Shown here one piece after another: positions 63,661 to 64,000 of a DNA stretch of 64,000 nt (positions within the stretch are counted from its first letter, which is position 1; the number at the start of each line of letters is the position of its first letter). The stretch lies in the sequence record PQ327946.1; one strand, written 5' to 3'. The notes under the pieces were generated by a model, which did no database searches, was not told the DNA's origin, and saw only the letters and a program-made list of their open reading frames with translations. The DNA is from a phage. A program made the translations under genes and the position numbers.

Positions 63661-64000
63661 TTAATACTTACATGATTTGATTGTTTCTATGAACAATTTC
63701 TTAGCAGCATTTCCATCGATTTGAAGTATTTTTCGATATGCCTTTAATTTGGTAGAATAATTTTGCCAGACTAAGTTATCGGTGAGTTCGTCGTGCTTAT
63801 CTATAATATTCAAAAATGAGTCCAACAATAAGAAAGTCTCAAATGAAATTATATTGCTTTGTAGCAATTTGAATATGTAGCTCGACTGAACGTTGTTATT
63901 ATAATCAAATATCTCTTGAAGCGCACTAACTTCAACTTTCTTACTGAAATAGTAGATGTTACGTACATCTTCAGCAAACGTCTCCTTGGCTTGTTTGAGA
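63661..64000 (-). CDS. 59: probable gene 59 helicase loader, C-terminal part (gene continues beyond window end)
   Basis: Minus-strand frame open from stop at 63661-63663 to the window edge; T4 places 59 next to 32; the track's 68-aa ORF begins at a TTG inside this frame. Confidence 0.45.
   Translation of the reverse strand, partial: LKQAKETFAEDVRNIYYFSKKVEVSALQEIFDYNNNVQSSYIFKLLQSNIISFETFLLLDSFLNIIDKHDELTDNLVWQNYSTKLKAYRKILQIDGNAAKKLFIETIKSCKY

Overview
This window is a contiguous piece of a T4-like (Tevenvirinae) myovirus genome, collinear with coliphage T4 from gene 7 to gene 32/59. Protein calls rest on recognising the translated ORFs against remembered T4 proteins plus gene order; no database search was run. 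Layout: (1) plus-strand late structural module 1-23750 (baseplate wedge 7-11, short tail fibre 12, fibritin wac, neck 13/14, 15, terminase 16/17, sheath 18, tube 19, portal 20, prohead core 67/68, protease 21, scaffold 22, major capsid 23, vertex 24), interrupted by seg-like GIY-YIG endonuclease genes; (2) minus-strand rnlB, 24.2, 24.3, hoc, inh, then uvsW/uvsW.1 (+), uvsY, 25, 26 (-) and the plus-strand baseplate hub operon 51-27-28-29-48-54; (3) a long minus-strand early/middle region: alt, DNA ligase 30 and the 30.x cluster, rIII, 31, cd, pseT, the spanin pair, alc, rnlA, denA, nrdB, nrdA, td, frd, 32 and the start of 59. Main departures from T4: nrdA is split into two ORFs by an inserted HNH endonuclease gene; a DAHP synthase gene is translationally coupled to cd; gene 30.3 is a NADAR/YbiA-family protein; three seg-like GIY-YIG endonuclease genes sit at positions partly different from T4; td and nrdB are intronless. 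Regulatory signals are read directly from the sequence: TATAAATA late promoters, a family of GTTTACA-N17-TACTAT early promoters with a conserved leader, and GC hairpins (many with UUCG-type loops). The supplied ORF track uses GTG/TTG starts and in several places extends ORFs through leaders, promoters or terminator hairpins; starts are corrected where the sequence supports it.
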